DNA of 64,000 nt from an uncultured Candidatus Saccharibacteria bacterium (GCA_964617735.1 CAZTXT010000001.1:459589-523588), one strand, 5' to 3'. Positions 18,614-28,790 are shown, counted from the stretch's first letter. Made by a program: numbers and translations. The notes: generated by a model not told the origin, from the sequence alone.

Positions 18614-19612
18614 ATGCAGTCGCCCCAGGTTATCGATTCTTTACCTCGCCTTATCTCTTTTTGGCGCGCCTCTCCTCGGCTGCGCTTGAGCGTTTATCTT
18701 GCGGGTCTCGCGCTCTGTATCATCGCGATATACGCCGATAGGCCGCCGACGCTCTTCGCTGAAAAGACTTTGGTAACCGTAACGAAAAATTCAACTATCA
18801 ACGCCGTTGCACACGAACTTGCAATGGAGCATATCATCACCTCGCCACTCGCTTTCAATATCCTCGTACATATTTTCAATCCCAAGCATGGTGTACTCTC
18901 GGGGACGTACTATTTTTCCCAACCCGTTGACGCGCTGACCGTCGCCTACCGGCTCTCCCAGGGAAAATTCGGTCTTGCTCCCCTAAAGCTCACCATACCG
19001 GAAGGGTCGAATGTCTTTCAGATAGAGAAGCTCCTGGAGCGCGCGCTCCCTAATTTTGATGGAGCTTCTTTCGTCGAGCATGCAAAGCCCGAGGAGGGAT
19101 ATCTGTTTCCCGATACCTACCGTTTCTCGCCGACCGAGACTCCTGATGAGATTATCGCGACGATGAAAGAGAATTTCGAGCAAAAGATAGCTTCGATACA
19201 TGATGAGATCGCGGCGTTCGGAAAGCCTGTGCGTGATGTCATTATCATGGCTTCGTATCTTGAGGAGGAGGCACGTCTGATGCAGACGCGGCGTATGGTT
19301 GCGGGCATTTTGTGGAAACGTTTGAAACTTGGCATGCCGCTTCAGATAGACGCCGCATTCCAATACGTCAATGGCAAGAGCACACCAGAGCTTACCCTCG
19401 ATGATCTTAAAATTGATTCGCCTTACAACACGTATCTCTATAAAGGTTTTACGCCCGGCCCTATATCGAATCCTGGTCTCGACTCCATCATGGCCGCCAT
19501 CACCCCCATCCAGAGCCGATATTTTTATTTTCTGACGGATAAAGAGGGAAACATGCATTACGCGGTGACGCTCGATGAGCATATCGCGAACAAAGCGCAA
19601 TATTTGAAATAA
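18614..19612 (+). CDS. mltG: Endolytic transglycosylase MltG
   Basis: TIPEG, EGYLFPDTY, ASYLEEE, LQIDA and SPYNTY...PGPISNPG motifs. Confidence 0.95.
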   Translation: MQSPQVIDSLPRLISFWRASPRLRLSVYLAGLALCIIAIYADRPPTLFAEKTLVTVTKNSTINAVAHELAMEHIITSPLAFNILVHIFNPKHGVLSGTYYFSQPVDALTVAYRLSQGKFGLAPLKLTIPEGSNVFQIEKLLERALPNFDGASFVEHAKPEEGYLFPDTYRFSPTETPDEIIATMKENFEQKIASIHDEIAAFGKPVRDVIIMASYLEEEARLMQTRRMVAGILWKRLKLGMPLQIDAAFQYVNGKSTPELTLDDLKIDSPYNTYLYKGFTPGPISNPGLDSIMAAITPIQSRYFYFLTDKEGNMHYAVTLDEHIANKAQYLK

Positions 19613-19688
19613 AAAAGCCGAGCAGTGAGGGCTCGGCTTCTCATGGAGTCTTTTTGTAGATTTTCCCAACGCATGCTAACATCAGTTT

Positions 19689-20744
19689 ATGAAAAGTCAA
19701 GGAAGCGGCAAAAAGATTTTTGTCGGGATTTCCGGCGGAGTCGATTCTTCCGTCTCGGCAGCACTCTTACAAGAACGTGGCTTTGATGTTACCGGAGTTT
19801 TCATAAAGATTTGGCAGCCGGAGTGGACTCTTTGCTCGATGAAGGAAGACCGACTCGACGCGATGCGTGTCTGCGCGCATTTAGGCATACCCTTCAAGGA
19901 GATCGACCTCACCGAAGCGTATAAAAAAGACGTCGTGGAATCGATGATAGCGGAATATGCGGCGGGAAGGACACCCAATCCTGATGTGATGTGCAACCGT
20001 TCCATAAAGTTCGGCGCGTTTTTCGACTGGGCGATCGCAGAGGGAGCGGATTTCGTCGCTACCGGGCACTACGCGCGGATCGAAGACGGCGCGTTGCAGG
20101 TCGCCTCCGATCCGAGCAAAGATCAAAGTTATTTTTTGTGGACGCTGACGAAAGAACAGCTTGAGCGGATAGTGTTTCCGGTCGGCGGATTGAAGAAGAC
20201 CGAAGTGCGGAGGCTCGCGAAGAAATTTAAGCTCCCGACTGCGGAGAAAAAAGACAGCCAAGGGCTCTGCTTCGTCGGGCCAGTCGACATTAAAGAATTT
20301 CTATCCCGCTATGTACCCATAAAGCGCGGCGACGTACTTGATGAGCACGGTGAGGTGATTGGCTATCACGACGGTTCGTATTTTTTGACCATTGGCGAGC
20401 GGCATGGATTCACGATCGTTAAGAAAACGCAGCACGATAAACCGTTGTTCGTCGTTTCTAAAGACCTTGAAAAGAACCGTGTCTACGTCGGACCTAAGCG
20501 ATCGGTTTCGGATGTTTCTCCACAGCGCATTAAACTCATCTCCGAGAACTGGATTAATGGTTCTCCGGATCCTCGTAAGATCTATGAAGCGCAGATACGG
20601 TATCACGGGGAGCGTATACGGTGCCGTGTGGATGCGGGAGTCGTTAATTTTCTAGAGCGTCCTGACGCGCTCTCCTACGGGCAATCGTTGGTCTTGTATG
20701 ACCGTAAGAGATGTATTGGCGGGGGAGTTATGTACCCGTTATAA
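19689..20744 (+). CDS. mnmA: tRNA 2-thiouridine(34) synthase
   Basis: SGGVDS, TPNPDVMCN, ATGHY, KDQSYFL and SQGLCF motifs. Confidence 0.97.
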   Translation: MKSQGSGKKIFVGISGGVDSSVSAALLQERGFDVTGVFIKIWQPEWTLCSMKEDRLDAMRVCAHLGIPFKEIDLTEAYKKDVVESMIAEYAAGRTPNPDVMCNRSIKFGAFFDWAIAEGADFVATGHYARIEDGALQVASDPSKDQSYFLWTLTKEQLERIVFPVGGLKKTEVRRLAKKFKLPTAEKKDSQGLCFVGPVDIKEFLSRYVPIKRGDVLDEHGEVIGYHDGSYFLTIGERHGFTIVKKTQHDKPLFVVSKDLEKNRVYVGPKRSVSDVSPQRIKLISENWINGSPDPRKIYEAQIRYHGERIRCRVDAGVVNFLERPDALSYGQSLVLYDRKRCIGGGVMYPL

Positions 20745-20751
20745 TACCGCT

Positions 20752-21591
20752 ATGCAAAAGTCGGTGAATATCATAAAAGCGAACGGCGAGCGAGAGCCTT
20801 TCAGTGAGAGTAAGCTCGTCAGCTCCCTTGAGCGTGCCGGAGCGGGCGCCTCGGAGGTAGTTTCTATCACCGAGCACATAAAAAAAGAATTGGAGGAAGA
20901 CATGACGACGGATCATATCTATCGGCATGCTTTCGGGGTACTGAAAGACCTTAAAAATCCGGGAGTGCTTCGACGTTACTCGCTACGCCACGCGCTCATC
21001 GAACTAGGACCGACTGGTTTCCCGTTCGAGAAATATCTATCCGAACTCTTTAAAACGCAGGGGTACGAAGTACTCACCGATCAGACGGTGATGGGACGGT
21101 GCGTCTCGCACGAGATTGATGTCATCGCGTACAACGAAAGCAAACTGCTTATGGTCGAGGCGAAATTTCACAATCAGTACGGTGAGAAGACCGATTTGAA
21201 AGTCGCTCTGTATGTGAAAGCGCGTTTCGATGACCTTGCCGAACAGCAATTCAATTATGGAAAAAGACGAGGCCTCGATGAGGCCTGGTTGGTCACGAAT
21301 ACGAAGTTCACGGAAAACGCGATTCGATATGGAGAATGTGCGGGGCTGAAAATGGTCGGTTGGAATTATCCCTCCAAGGGCAATATCCAGGAATTGATCG
21401 AAGATGCGCGGCTGCACCCGATCACTTGTCTTCCAGGTCTTTCCGTGACAGAACGCGGGTTGCTTTTAAACAGCAATATGATACTTTGTAAGCAAGTTCT
21501 TAACGCCTCATCCGCATTGACCCGATTGGGTATCGATCAGAAAAAGGCGCTTGCGCTCGAAACACAGGCGCAAGCGATCTGCGGCATATGA
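20752..21591 (+). CDS. ATP-cone plus Mrr-like (PD-(D/E)XK) restriction endonuclease domain protein
   Basis: IIKANGEREPFSESKL ATP cone; GPTGFPFEKY, HEIDV, VEAKFH and LVTNTKFT. Confidence 0.85.
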   Translation: MQKSVNIIKANGEREPFSESKLVSSLERAGAGASEVVSITEHIKKELEEDMTTDHIYRHAFGVLKDLKNPGVLRRYSLRHALIELGPTGFPFEKYLSELFKTQGYEVLTDQTVMGRCVSHEIDVIAYNESKLLMVEAKFHNQYGEKTDLKVALYVKARFDDLAEQQFNYGKRRGLDEAWLVTNTKFTENAIRYGECAGLKMVGWNYPSKGNIQELIEDARLHPITCLPGLSVTERGLLLNSNMILCKQVLNASSALTRLGIDQKKALALETQAQAICGI

Positions 21592-21633
21592 GCGTGGACC
21601 ACGGTTATCAATTTTTAACGCTTTAAGAAACGT

Positions 21634-22128
21634 ATGCAACAGAACAGCAATCAAAAGACGATCATCATCGCCACTATTGCGTTCATCGTTGGGTTCGGCC
21701 TTGCTTGGTTCATCGCGATGAACAAGTCTCCGAACGCGCCAGCGACCAGCCAGAGTACGACGTCAACCGCGTCTTCGACCGAAGCGGCAGCATCGATGCC
21801 AGAAGGCAAGAATTATGTATCGGTCAAAGACCAACCGCAGGGAGTAGCGGTCGCGCTTGAGAGCGTCGGCATGGAGAAAACCGGATGGGTCGTCATACAT
21901 GAGGACGACAATGGCGCGCCGGGCAAGATTTTGGGAGCGCAGCTATTCGATGCGGGCACGGTGGAAAACGCAACCGTTGATCTGCTCCGCGGCACCTTGG
22001 CCGGCAAGACGTATTACGCAATGATCCATCTTGATAACGGCGATCGCGCCTTCGATCCGAAGAAAGACACGCCGGTTGTAAGCGAGAGCAATGCGCCGGT
22101 GATGGTTTCCTTCAAAGCTACAGAATAA
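21634..22128 (+). CDS. Membrane-anchored extracellular protein (DUF7282-like beta domain)
   Basis: N-terminal TM, Ser/Thr linker, VSVKDQ, GWVVIHE and YYAMIHLDNGD. Confidence 0.7.
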   Translation: MQQNSNQKTIIIATIAFIVGFGLAWFIAMNKSPNAPATSQSTTSTASSTEAAASMPEGKNYVSVKDQPQGVAVALESVGMEKTGWVVIHEDDNGAPGKILGAQLFDAGTVENATVDLLRGTLAGKTYYAMIHLDNGDRAFDPKKDTPVVSESNAPVMVSFKATE

Positions 22129-22213
22129 AACATTCTAAAAACTGCTCCGTGATCCGGAGCGGTTTTGTTTTGGTTAACTTTAATCCTCTAGTGCTCTCTT
22201 GTATACTAAGGCT

Positions 22214-23059
22214 ATGGCATTAGAGAATCGACGGAGCAGAACATTCGATCCCGAAAGCAGGGAGCCGTTTAAGGTGAGCCGCTCCAAAATAGATCTTTTT
22301 CTTGAGTGTCCGCGCTGTTTTTATCTTGAAAATAGGCTCGGGGTCAAACGCCCTTCTACCTATCCCCTGACCTTAAACATTGCCGTAGACGCACTTCTTA
22401 AAAAAGAGTTCGATCTGCATCGCGCGAAGGGGGAGCCGCACCCGGCGATGAAGGCGTATGGTGTCGATGCCATACCGTATCGAGATAAGAATTTAAATAC
22501 TTGGAGGGAGCTTGATTTCGGCCGAGGTGGTATCCATGTTCTCCATTCAAAGACGGGTCTTGATGTCTATGGGATCGTAGATGATGTATGGATCAATCCG
22601 AAAGGCGAGCTTATCGTGGTGGATTATAAGGCGACTGCAAAACGGGATGCGCCAACGCTTGACGGAGACCTCGGGGCTCAATACAAGCGCCAGATGGAAG
22701 TGTATCAGTGGCTGTTGAGGCAGAGCGGCTACAGGGTCTCGGATACGGGTTTCTTCTTCTACGTCAATGGGAAAAAAGACCTTGAAGCATTTGACGGAAA
22801 GCTCGAATTCGATATAACGATACTCCCCTGTACGGGGGATACATCTTGGATCGAGCCGACACTTCTGGATATCAAAAAGACACTGGATAGAGAAGCAATA
22901 CCACCGGTCGGTCCCAAGTGTGAATATTGCGCCTATCGGGAATTTGCGGGGAAAGCATTTCGAGCGGTTGCCGTCTCCCCTGAAAAAGCGAAAACACCCG
23001 CTACGCGGAGCACGACCAAGAAAACCAATGAAAATAGCGAAACAAAAACACTCTTTTAG
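22214..23059 (+). CDS. PD-(D/E)XK nuclease family protein (Cas4/AddB-like)
   Basis: SRSKIDLFLECPRCFY, GIVDD, VVDYK, QMEVYQWLL and C-terminal CEYC. Confidence 0.88.
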   Translation: MALENRRSRTFDPESREPFKVSRSKIDLFLECPRCFYLENRLGVKRPSTYPLTLNIAVDALLKKEFDLHRAKGEPHPAMKAYGVDAIPYRDKNLNTWRELDFGRGGIHVLHSKTGLDVYGIVDDVWINPKGELIVVDYKATAKRDAPTLDGDLGAQYKRQMEVYQWLLRQSGYRVSDTGFFFYVNGKKDLEAFDGKLEFDITILPCTGDTSWIEPTLLDIKKTLDREAIPPVGPKCEYCAYREFAGKAFRAVAVSPEKAKTPATRSTTKKTNENSETKTLF

Positions 23060-23300
23060 TGAGCGTGTGCGAGCGATCGTAGCGGCGATCCCGCGGGGCA
23101 GGACTATGACGTATGGAGAGGTTGCCCGCCGAGCCGGCTCGCCGGGTGCTTCGCGGGCAGTGGGCACTATCATGAAAAAGAATTACGATCCTTCGATTCC
23201 ATGCCACCGCGTTCTGCGTTCTGACGGTACGATAGGAGATTACAATCGCGGCGGTCCTCGACGCAAATTGCAGCTATTGCGAGCGGAGGGTGCTATATAA
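23028..23300 (+). CDS. MGMT-family methylated-DNA--protein-cysteine methyltransferase (DNA-binding/catalytic domain only)
   Basis: IPRGRTMTYGEVA, SRAVG and IPCHRV motifs. Confidence 0.9.
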   Translation: MKIAKQKHSFSERVRAIVAAIPRGRTMTYGEVARRAGSPGASRAVGTIMKKNYDPSIPCHRVLRSDGTIGDYNRGGPRRKLQLLRAEGAI

Positions 23301-23347
23301 AAAGTCCCACAGTTTCTCGCTGCGAGACTTTTGTTGTTTGCGCATCA

Positions 23348-23548
23348 TCAAGAGTTGAATTTAAGTCGCCCCAGTTCTGCTCGTAGGTAGAATTGACTAT
23401 CATACGCAATATCTACTGCTTGATTAAGCAAGATATCTTCGTCGACATCGGGATCTGCATGACCGGCAAGCTCGACAAGAATCTCACGACACTTTATTCC
23501 ATAAACTCTCGTGACTTTCTCAAGGTATTTCTCATCAATCGTTTTCAT
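23348..23548 (-). CDS. Hypothetical protein (SD-led orphan)
   Basis: GAAAGGAG SD; convergent hairpin at about 23299-23333. Confidence 0.6.
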   Translation of the reverse strand: MKTIDEKYLEKVTRVYGIKCREILVELAGHADPDVDEDILLNQAVDIAYDSQFYLRAELGRLKFNS

Positions 23549-23604
23549 GATCTCCTTTCTCTAAAGATATACTATCAAATCCTAGAATATGTGATAATAC
23601 CCCC

Positions 23605-23949
23605 ATGAACCTCAATGAATATCAAAAGTTGTGCATGAACACCGCAAAGGTCTACAACGATAGAGAAAAAGAGCTCTCGAACTATGGCTTGGGTGTCGCG
23701 GGAGAAGCGGGTGACCTGGCCGGATGCATCAAGAAGACTCTTTTTCACAAGAATGACCAAACAACAGGGATCCGCGAGAATATCGGGGATACGATGTGGT
23801 ACCTTGCCATGCTCTGCAATTATTTTGGCTGGAACTTAGAGGAGGTTCTTGGAGAGAACATCGCAAAACTAAAGACTCGGTATCCGCAGGGCTTTACCGA
23901 AAAGCATGCCGGCCGTGGGGGTACACGCGTAGATTGGAACGAGAAATAA
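23605..23949 (+). CDS. MazG-like nucleotide pyrophosphohydrolase
   Basis: LGVAGEAGD, ENIGDTMWY and NIAKLKTRYP motifs. Confidence 0.9.
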   Translation: MNLNEYQKLCMNTAKVYNDREKELSNYGLGVAGEAGDLAGCIKKTLFHKNDQTTGIRENIGDTMWYLAMLCNYFGWNLEEVLGENIAKLKTRYPQGFTEKHAGRGGTRVDWNEK

Positions 23950-23953
23950 TGCG

Positions 23954-25840
23954 ATGGATCTAGAAACGATACGCAATCGCTATCTTAAATTCTTTGAGCG
24001 TCAGGGGCACACGATAATCCCTTCGAGTTCGCTGGTGCCTGAAAATGACCCGACGACGCTTTTCACCGGCGCAGGGATGCAGCCCCTGTTGCCGTATCTG
24101 TTGGGCCAGACACATCCGGAAGGGAAGCGGCTGGTAGACTCGCAGAAGTGCTTCCGAGCCGAAGACATGGATGAAGTTGGAGACAACCGTCACACAACCT
24201 TTTTTGAGATGCTCGGAAATTGGTCGCTGGGCGACTATTTCAAGCAGGAACAGCTTCAGTGGTTCTTCTGGTTTCTTACTGATGATCTCGAAATATCGGC
24301 GAATCGGCTCTACGTGACTGTTTTTGCAGGTGATCCAGTGCTAAATCTTCCTAAAGACACAACCTCGGCTTCGATTTGGAAGGAATTATTTACAAAAAAG
24401 GGCATCCGGGCAAAAGAAGTCGAGATCGGCTCTGTTGAGAATGGAAGCGCAACTGGTATGCAGGGCGGGCGCATCTTCTACTACGATGCGAGGAAGAATT
24501 GGTGGTCGCGCGGCGGAGCACCGGAGACAATGCCGGTCGGTGATCCTGGTGGTCCCGACTCGGAAGTCTTTTTTGAATTTGTCCACATCGCTCACGATGC
24601 GAAATACGGTAAGGAATGCCATCCCAACTGCGATTGCGGGCGATTCATGGAGATAGGAAACAGCGTGTTCATGGAATATGTCAAAAATACCGACGGTTCT
24701 TTCTCGCCGTTGCCCCAGAAAAATGTGGATTTCGGGGGAGGTCTCGAGCGGATCGCAGCTGCATTAGCCGATTCGCCCGATATTTTCAAGATAGATGTTC
24801 TGGCGAAAGGAGTAGCGGTTCTGGAAAAAATTTCGGGGAAATCCTATGAGGATGGCTTGGATGAATACAAACGGTCATTCCGTATCATTGCAGATCATAT
24901 CCGCGCGGCTCTCTTCCTTTGTGCCGACGGCGTCGCGCCTGGCAACAAAGATCGCGGTTATATCGTCCGGCGACTGGTCCGCAGAGCGCTTTTCAATGCT
25001 CGGAAACTTGGCTTAAAGGACAATATCTGGATAGCCAATATAGTGGATGTATATGCTGACTGCTATGCCGATTTTTATGCAGAAATAGATAGTCGGGGCG
25101 AGACGATTCGTACGACGCTCTTCGATGAAGCAAATAAATTCAGCGAAACGCTCGAAGCCGGACTCAAGCAATTTGAAAAGTCGGTGAAAGCCGGGAACTT
25201 AACCGCGAAGGATATTTTCGATCTGTATCAGTCCTATGGATTCCCTGAAGAATTGAGCGTTGAGCTCGCAAAGGAGCGCGGCATAACCGTCGACACCCGT
25301 GAACTGGCGGCGCACAAAGAAGAGCACCGCTCTCGTTCGCGGGTAGGTTCGGAACAAAAATTCAAAGGAGGACTTGCCGACACCAGCGACAAGTCGGTCC
25401 AGTACCATACCGCGACCCATCTTCTCAATCAGGCTTTGCGTATGGTTCTAGGAGGGCATGTGTATCAGAAGGGGAGCAATATCACTCCGGAGAGGCTCCG
25501 CTTCGACTTTCCACACGACAAGCCAATGACCGCCGAGGAAATACAGGAGGTTGAGAGAATTGTGAACGAAAAAATAGCTGAAGCGCTACCCGTCAACAAG
25601 ATCACCCTAGGCCTTGAGGAAGCGTACAATGCCGGCGCTGTTGGAGTTTTTGGTGAGCGGTATCCGGAGACGGTAACGGTCTACCGTATTGGTGATCCTC
25701 AAAAAGGATACTTCAGTCAAGAGATTTGTGGCGGGCCGCATGTTGAAAATACATCGAAACTCCTCGGACGTTTTCAGATACTGAAAGAGGAATCTATCTC
25801 GAGAGGTACGCGGAGGATAAGGGCGATCCTTGAGACATAG
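23954..25840 (+). CDS. alaS: Alanine--tRNA ligase lacking the C-Ala domain
   Basis: TLFTGAGMQP, RHTTFFEMLGNWS, DFGGGLER; editing motifs HTATH and CGGPH; ends just after GTRRIRA. Confidence 0.96.
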   Translation: MDLETIRNRYLKFFERQGHTIIPSSSLVPENDPTTLFTGAGMQPLLPYLLGQTHPEGKRLVDSQKCFRAEDMDEVGDNRHTTFFEMLGNWSLGDYFKQEQLQWFFWFLTDDLEISANRLYVTVFAGDPVLNLPKDTTSASIWKELFTKKGIRAKEVEIGSVENGSATGMQGGRIFYYDARKNWWSRGGAPETMPVGDPGGPDSEVFFEFVHIAHDAKYGKECHPNCDCGRFMEIGNSVFMEYVKNTDGSFSPLPQKNVDFGGGLERIAAALADSPDIFKIDVLAKGVAVLEKISGKSYEDGLDEYKRSFRIIADHIRAALFLCADGVAPGNKDRGYIVRRLVRRALFNARKLGLKDNIWIANIVDVYADCYADFYAEIDSRGETIRTTLFDEANKFSETLEAGLKQFEKSVKAGNLTAKDIFDLYQSYGFPEELSVELAKERGITVDTRELAAHKEEHRSRSRVGSEQKFKGGLADTSDKSVQYHTATHLLNQALRMVLGGHVYQKGSNITPERLRFDFPHDKPMTAEEIQEVERIVNEKIAEALPVNKITLGLEEAYNAGAVGVFGERYPETVTVYRIGDPQKGYFSQEICGGPHVENTSKLLGRFQILKEESISRGTRRIRAILET

Positions 25841-25859
25841 GGTGTGTTACAATTTTTAG

Positions 25860-27026
25860 ATGTTTTCCCCTGCCAGTGTCAAAAAACGTGTTGCGGCGCA
25901 CTTTGCCATAGGATTGCGGCACGTCCAGCTCGTCGTGTATGAAGAATACCAACCTGGTCGCGCGCGGGTCGATTTTTGTCAGGCATTGAACCTCCCGCGG
26001 TATGAGCAAAAAAACGCTAAACAGGTCCGTTCCGCGGTCGCTTCAGGGGTATTCAAACTCTTAGAGAAGTATCGGGAGCCAAAGAAGGGGTTGAACCTGA
26101 AAGATCCCGAGCTGCTCGCGTTCTACATCGCTCCGCCGCTTGCCGTTTCAGGGACAGAGCCGGTGATCATCCGCAAAAAGACAGTGGCTCTCTTAACCGA
26201 AAAAGATTTGCAATCGGCGATCGAACATGCCGAGCAGTCATTCCTTGCTCGAACGAAAAAAAACGAAGAAGCGATGCCGCCGGAGGATCAGATCGTCATC
26301 ATCGAACGGGAACTCCACTCCGCGATGCTCGACGGGTACCCGGTCGACTCGTATCTGCTGCGCTCCTGCAAGGAATTCAGTGCAACGCTTACCGTCGCGG
26401 AAACCGACAACACGCTCATAGAAAAGCTCAATGATGTCTGTCGCCCTCTATTTCCCCAGACTGTTTTTAGCTTCAAAGCGCTCGAGTTGAACTTGCTTGA
26501 CGGCATCGATACGGAAAAAAATTATCTTTTGTGTTTCCTTCTCCCGCACGGCTCACACTGGGTACATGTGCAACAGGGTTTTCCGGTAGGCTTTTATTTT
26601 GATCAATTTGGATCGGAGAAGATCGCGGCAGTCGTCGCGCATAGCCTCAAGGGCACCCAAACGGTTGCGCAATCGTATGTACGGCTCTATGTGGAGAAAA
26701 AATTGCACGGCAACAGCGAATCCCGTTTCATCAAAGCGGTCGAGTCCGCCGGAGCGGAATATCTTAAGGCTATAGAGTCGGTTCGTGGCGAGTTTGGCAA
26801 CGGCTTTCTCCTTCCGAAATGCCTCTACATCATCCCTTCGGATGAGATCGACCTTCTCGTATCGCTCAAGCTCCCCGCTTCGGGATCGGATCAATACGGG
26901 CAGTATCAGCTCTCCGTCATCGACGGGAAAGATAAGATCGCGATCGAGTCATCCGAACCCTCCTGCGCTATCGGTTCGACAGCGCTTCTTATCAATCGCA
27001 CGCTTAACCACAGAAATAGCGCTTGA
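25860..27026 (+). CDS. Hypothetical protein, divergent actin-fold/FtsA-like (CPR-type)
   Basis: Size, LDGYPV motif, FG...I...VA and position before the baseplate-J-like gene; ATPase motifs degenerate. Confidence 0.5.
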   Translation: MFSPASVKKRVAAHFAIGLRHVQLVVYEEYQPGRARVDFCQALNLPRYEQKNAKQVRSAVASGVFKLLEKYREPKKGLNLKDPELLAFYIAPPLAVSGTEPVIIRKKTVALLTEKDLQSAIEHAEQSFLARTKKNEEAMPPEDQIVIIERELHSAMLDGYPVDSYLLRSCKEFSATLTVAETDNTLIEKLNDVCRPLFPQTVFSFKALELNLLDGIDTEKNYLLCFLLPHGSHWVHVQQGFPVGFYFDQFGSEKIAAVVAHSLKGTQTVAQSYVRLYVEKKLHGNSESRFIKAVESAGAEYLKAIESVRGEFGNGFLLPKCLYIIPSDEIDLLVSLKLPASGSDQYGQYQLSVIDGKDKIAIESSEPSCAIGSTALLINRTLNHRNSA

Positions 27027-27056
27027 TTGACTTTCTCCCGTGTTATAATCCAGCGT

Positions 27057-28349
27057 ATGGTAAAGAAGCTCCTACAAGACGTCCTACCTCCTGATAAAAG
27101 GTCTATTCGCCATATACCGCTGCCGAAGGATCGGGAAGTCGAGAAAAGCCCCCCGCCCGAAATTCCTAAACGCCGGAGTCGGAGTGGAAAAAGTATGCTG
27201 AGCCGATGGGGCATCGTGGTCTTCTCACTTCTGTTGCTTGTCGGCGCCGTGCTCGGAGCATCGTGGCTTTTCGCATCAGCAACGGTGGTGGTCACGCCTA
27301 AGCAGGCGACTGCCTCCCTCGACATGTCGTTGGAGCTCGGTCCGGGGGCGAATATGCTGCCGCAAGCGCAAGTTATGGCGACTTCCACGACCTCGACCGT
27401 AATAGCTTCCAGCAAGTTCGACACGGTAGAGCGCAAAGCGTCCGGACAGATCACTATTTTCAATAATTATTCAAATGATCCCCAGCGGCTTATAAAAAAC
27501 ACACGGTTCCAGGCCGCCGACGGGCGCATTTATCGCATCAGCAATTCGGTGATCGTTCCCGGCCAGCAGATCGAGAACGGAAAGAAAACACCGGGGAGCA
27601 TCACGACGCTCGTGTATGCCGATGCAGCAGGCCCCGATTACAATATGACGCTCTCCGATCTAAAGGGTGATTTTACGGTGCCCGGATTTAAAGGAACCCC
27701 ACGCTACGAGACGTTCTTCGCCCGTCTCAAAACTGATATCACCGGCGGGTTTTCAGGAAAGGAGCGGGTTCCCGATGCTACTACGCTCAATAACGCAGTC
27801 AATCAACTCAAAGCCAATTTAAGCGAAGAGCTCTGGAAACAACTTCAAACCGCCGTGCCTGCAAGTTACGCTACGTCCCGCAATCTTTACAGCACCGATT
27901 TTCAAGCGAGCACTGCCGACAACCCCTCCGGTGAAGGGATCGTGGTACAAGTCATCGGGACGGGACGTGCGTTCCTTCTCGATCGTTCCGCTGCGAGCAA
28001 GCTGATAGCCAGTCGGACGCTTCCGGGATACAACCAAGAAGATGTACTCATCGAAAATTTCGATGATATCAATTTCTCTCCCCGAGCTGGCACACCTTCG
28101 TCAGATACCGGGGTCGTGGTGCTCTCAGTCAAAGGGAACGCACACTTCGTGTGGCAGTTTGATGAGTCGAAAGTGGTTGCGGAACTCTCGGGAAGATCGA
28201 AAGCCGATACCAATTCGATCATGCGTGATTATCCAGCCATAGAAAAGGCCGAGGTTACGATAAAGCCGTCGTGGCTCACGCACTACCCTTCGCAGAGCAG
28301 CAAAGTGCATCTGATAATCGATCTTGGGCAAAAAGGATCAGGAAACTAA
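27057..28349 (+). CDS. Single-TM protein with extracellular baseplate-J-like beta domain (CPR-type)
   Basis: ASGQITIFN, LIKNTRF, VIVPG, PGSITTLVYADAAGPDYN and ITGGFSG. Confidence 0.7.
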   Translation: MVKKLLQDVLPPDKRSIRHIPLPKDREVEKSPPPEIPKRRSRSGKSMLSRWGIVVFSLLLLVGAVLGASWLFASATVVVTPKQATASLDMSLELGPGANMLPQAQVMATSTTSTVIASSKFDTVERKASGQITIFNNYSNDPQRLIKNTRFQAADGRIYRISNSVIVPGQQIENGKKTPGSITTLVYADAAGPDYNMTLSDLKGDFTVPGFKGTPRYETFFARLKTDITGGFSGKERVPDATTLNNAVNQLKANLSEELWKQLQTAVPASYATSRNLYSTDFQASTADNPSGEGIVVQVIGTGRAFLLDRSAASKLIASRTLPGYNQEDVLIENFDDINFSPRAGTPSSDTGVVVLSVKGNAHFVWQFDESKVVAELSGRSKADTNSIMRDYPAIEKAEVTIKPSWLTHYPSQSSKVHLIIDLGQKGSGN

Positions 28350-28416
28350 CGGTTCAACCGGTCTGGTTGACTAACTATGCTTATGTCTGCTACTATAACC
28401 CAATCCCTGTAGCATA

Positions 28417-28632
28417 ATGGGAAAAGATAACGAAAAAGACACCACGGCAGGCGTCGTCATTGAGGCGTTGCCTAATACTCTTTTTAGGGTTAAAGTGGCT
28501 GATGGCACAGAAATGCTCGCGTATTTATCGGGGAAAATGCGGATAAACCGCATCCGAGTGCTTGTCGGCGATACCGTGGAGCTTGAGCTCGACCCATACG
28601 GGGGTAAAGGAAGGATTATCAAGAGAACATAG
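28417..28632 (+). CDS. infA: Translation initiation factor IF-1
   Basis: [16 protein letters not shown] and GRIIKR motifs. Confidence 0.97.
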   Translation: MGKDNEKDTTAGVVIEALPNTLFRVKVADGTEMLAYLSGKMRINRIRVLVGDTVELELDPYGGKGRIIKRT

Positions 28633-28660
28633 GGACTCTTTTATTTTTGTCTCTTTTGCT

Positions 28661-28777
28661 ATGCGCGTACGAGCGTCGGTGAAAAAAATATGCAAGGAGT
28701 GCAAGATGGTCCGCAGAAAGGGCCATCTCTATGTTCTGTGTACTTCCGATGCTCGCCATAAGCAGCGGCAAGGCTAA
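28661..28777 (+). CDS. rpmJ: 50S ribosomal protein L36
   Basis: [15 protein letters not shown]...HKQRQG. Confidence 0.97.
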   Translation: MRVRASVKKICKECKMVRRKGHLYVLCTSDARHKQRQG

Positions 28778-28790
28778 TTTTAGATATTGT

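Noticed and set aside
22214-23059. Cas4 as part of a CRISPR-Cas system
   Set aside because: No cas1/cas2 or array in the window; solo PD-(D/E)XK nucleases of this kind are common
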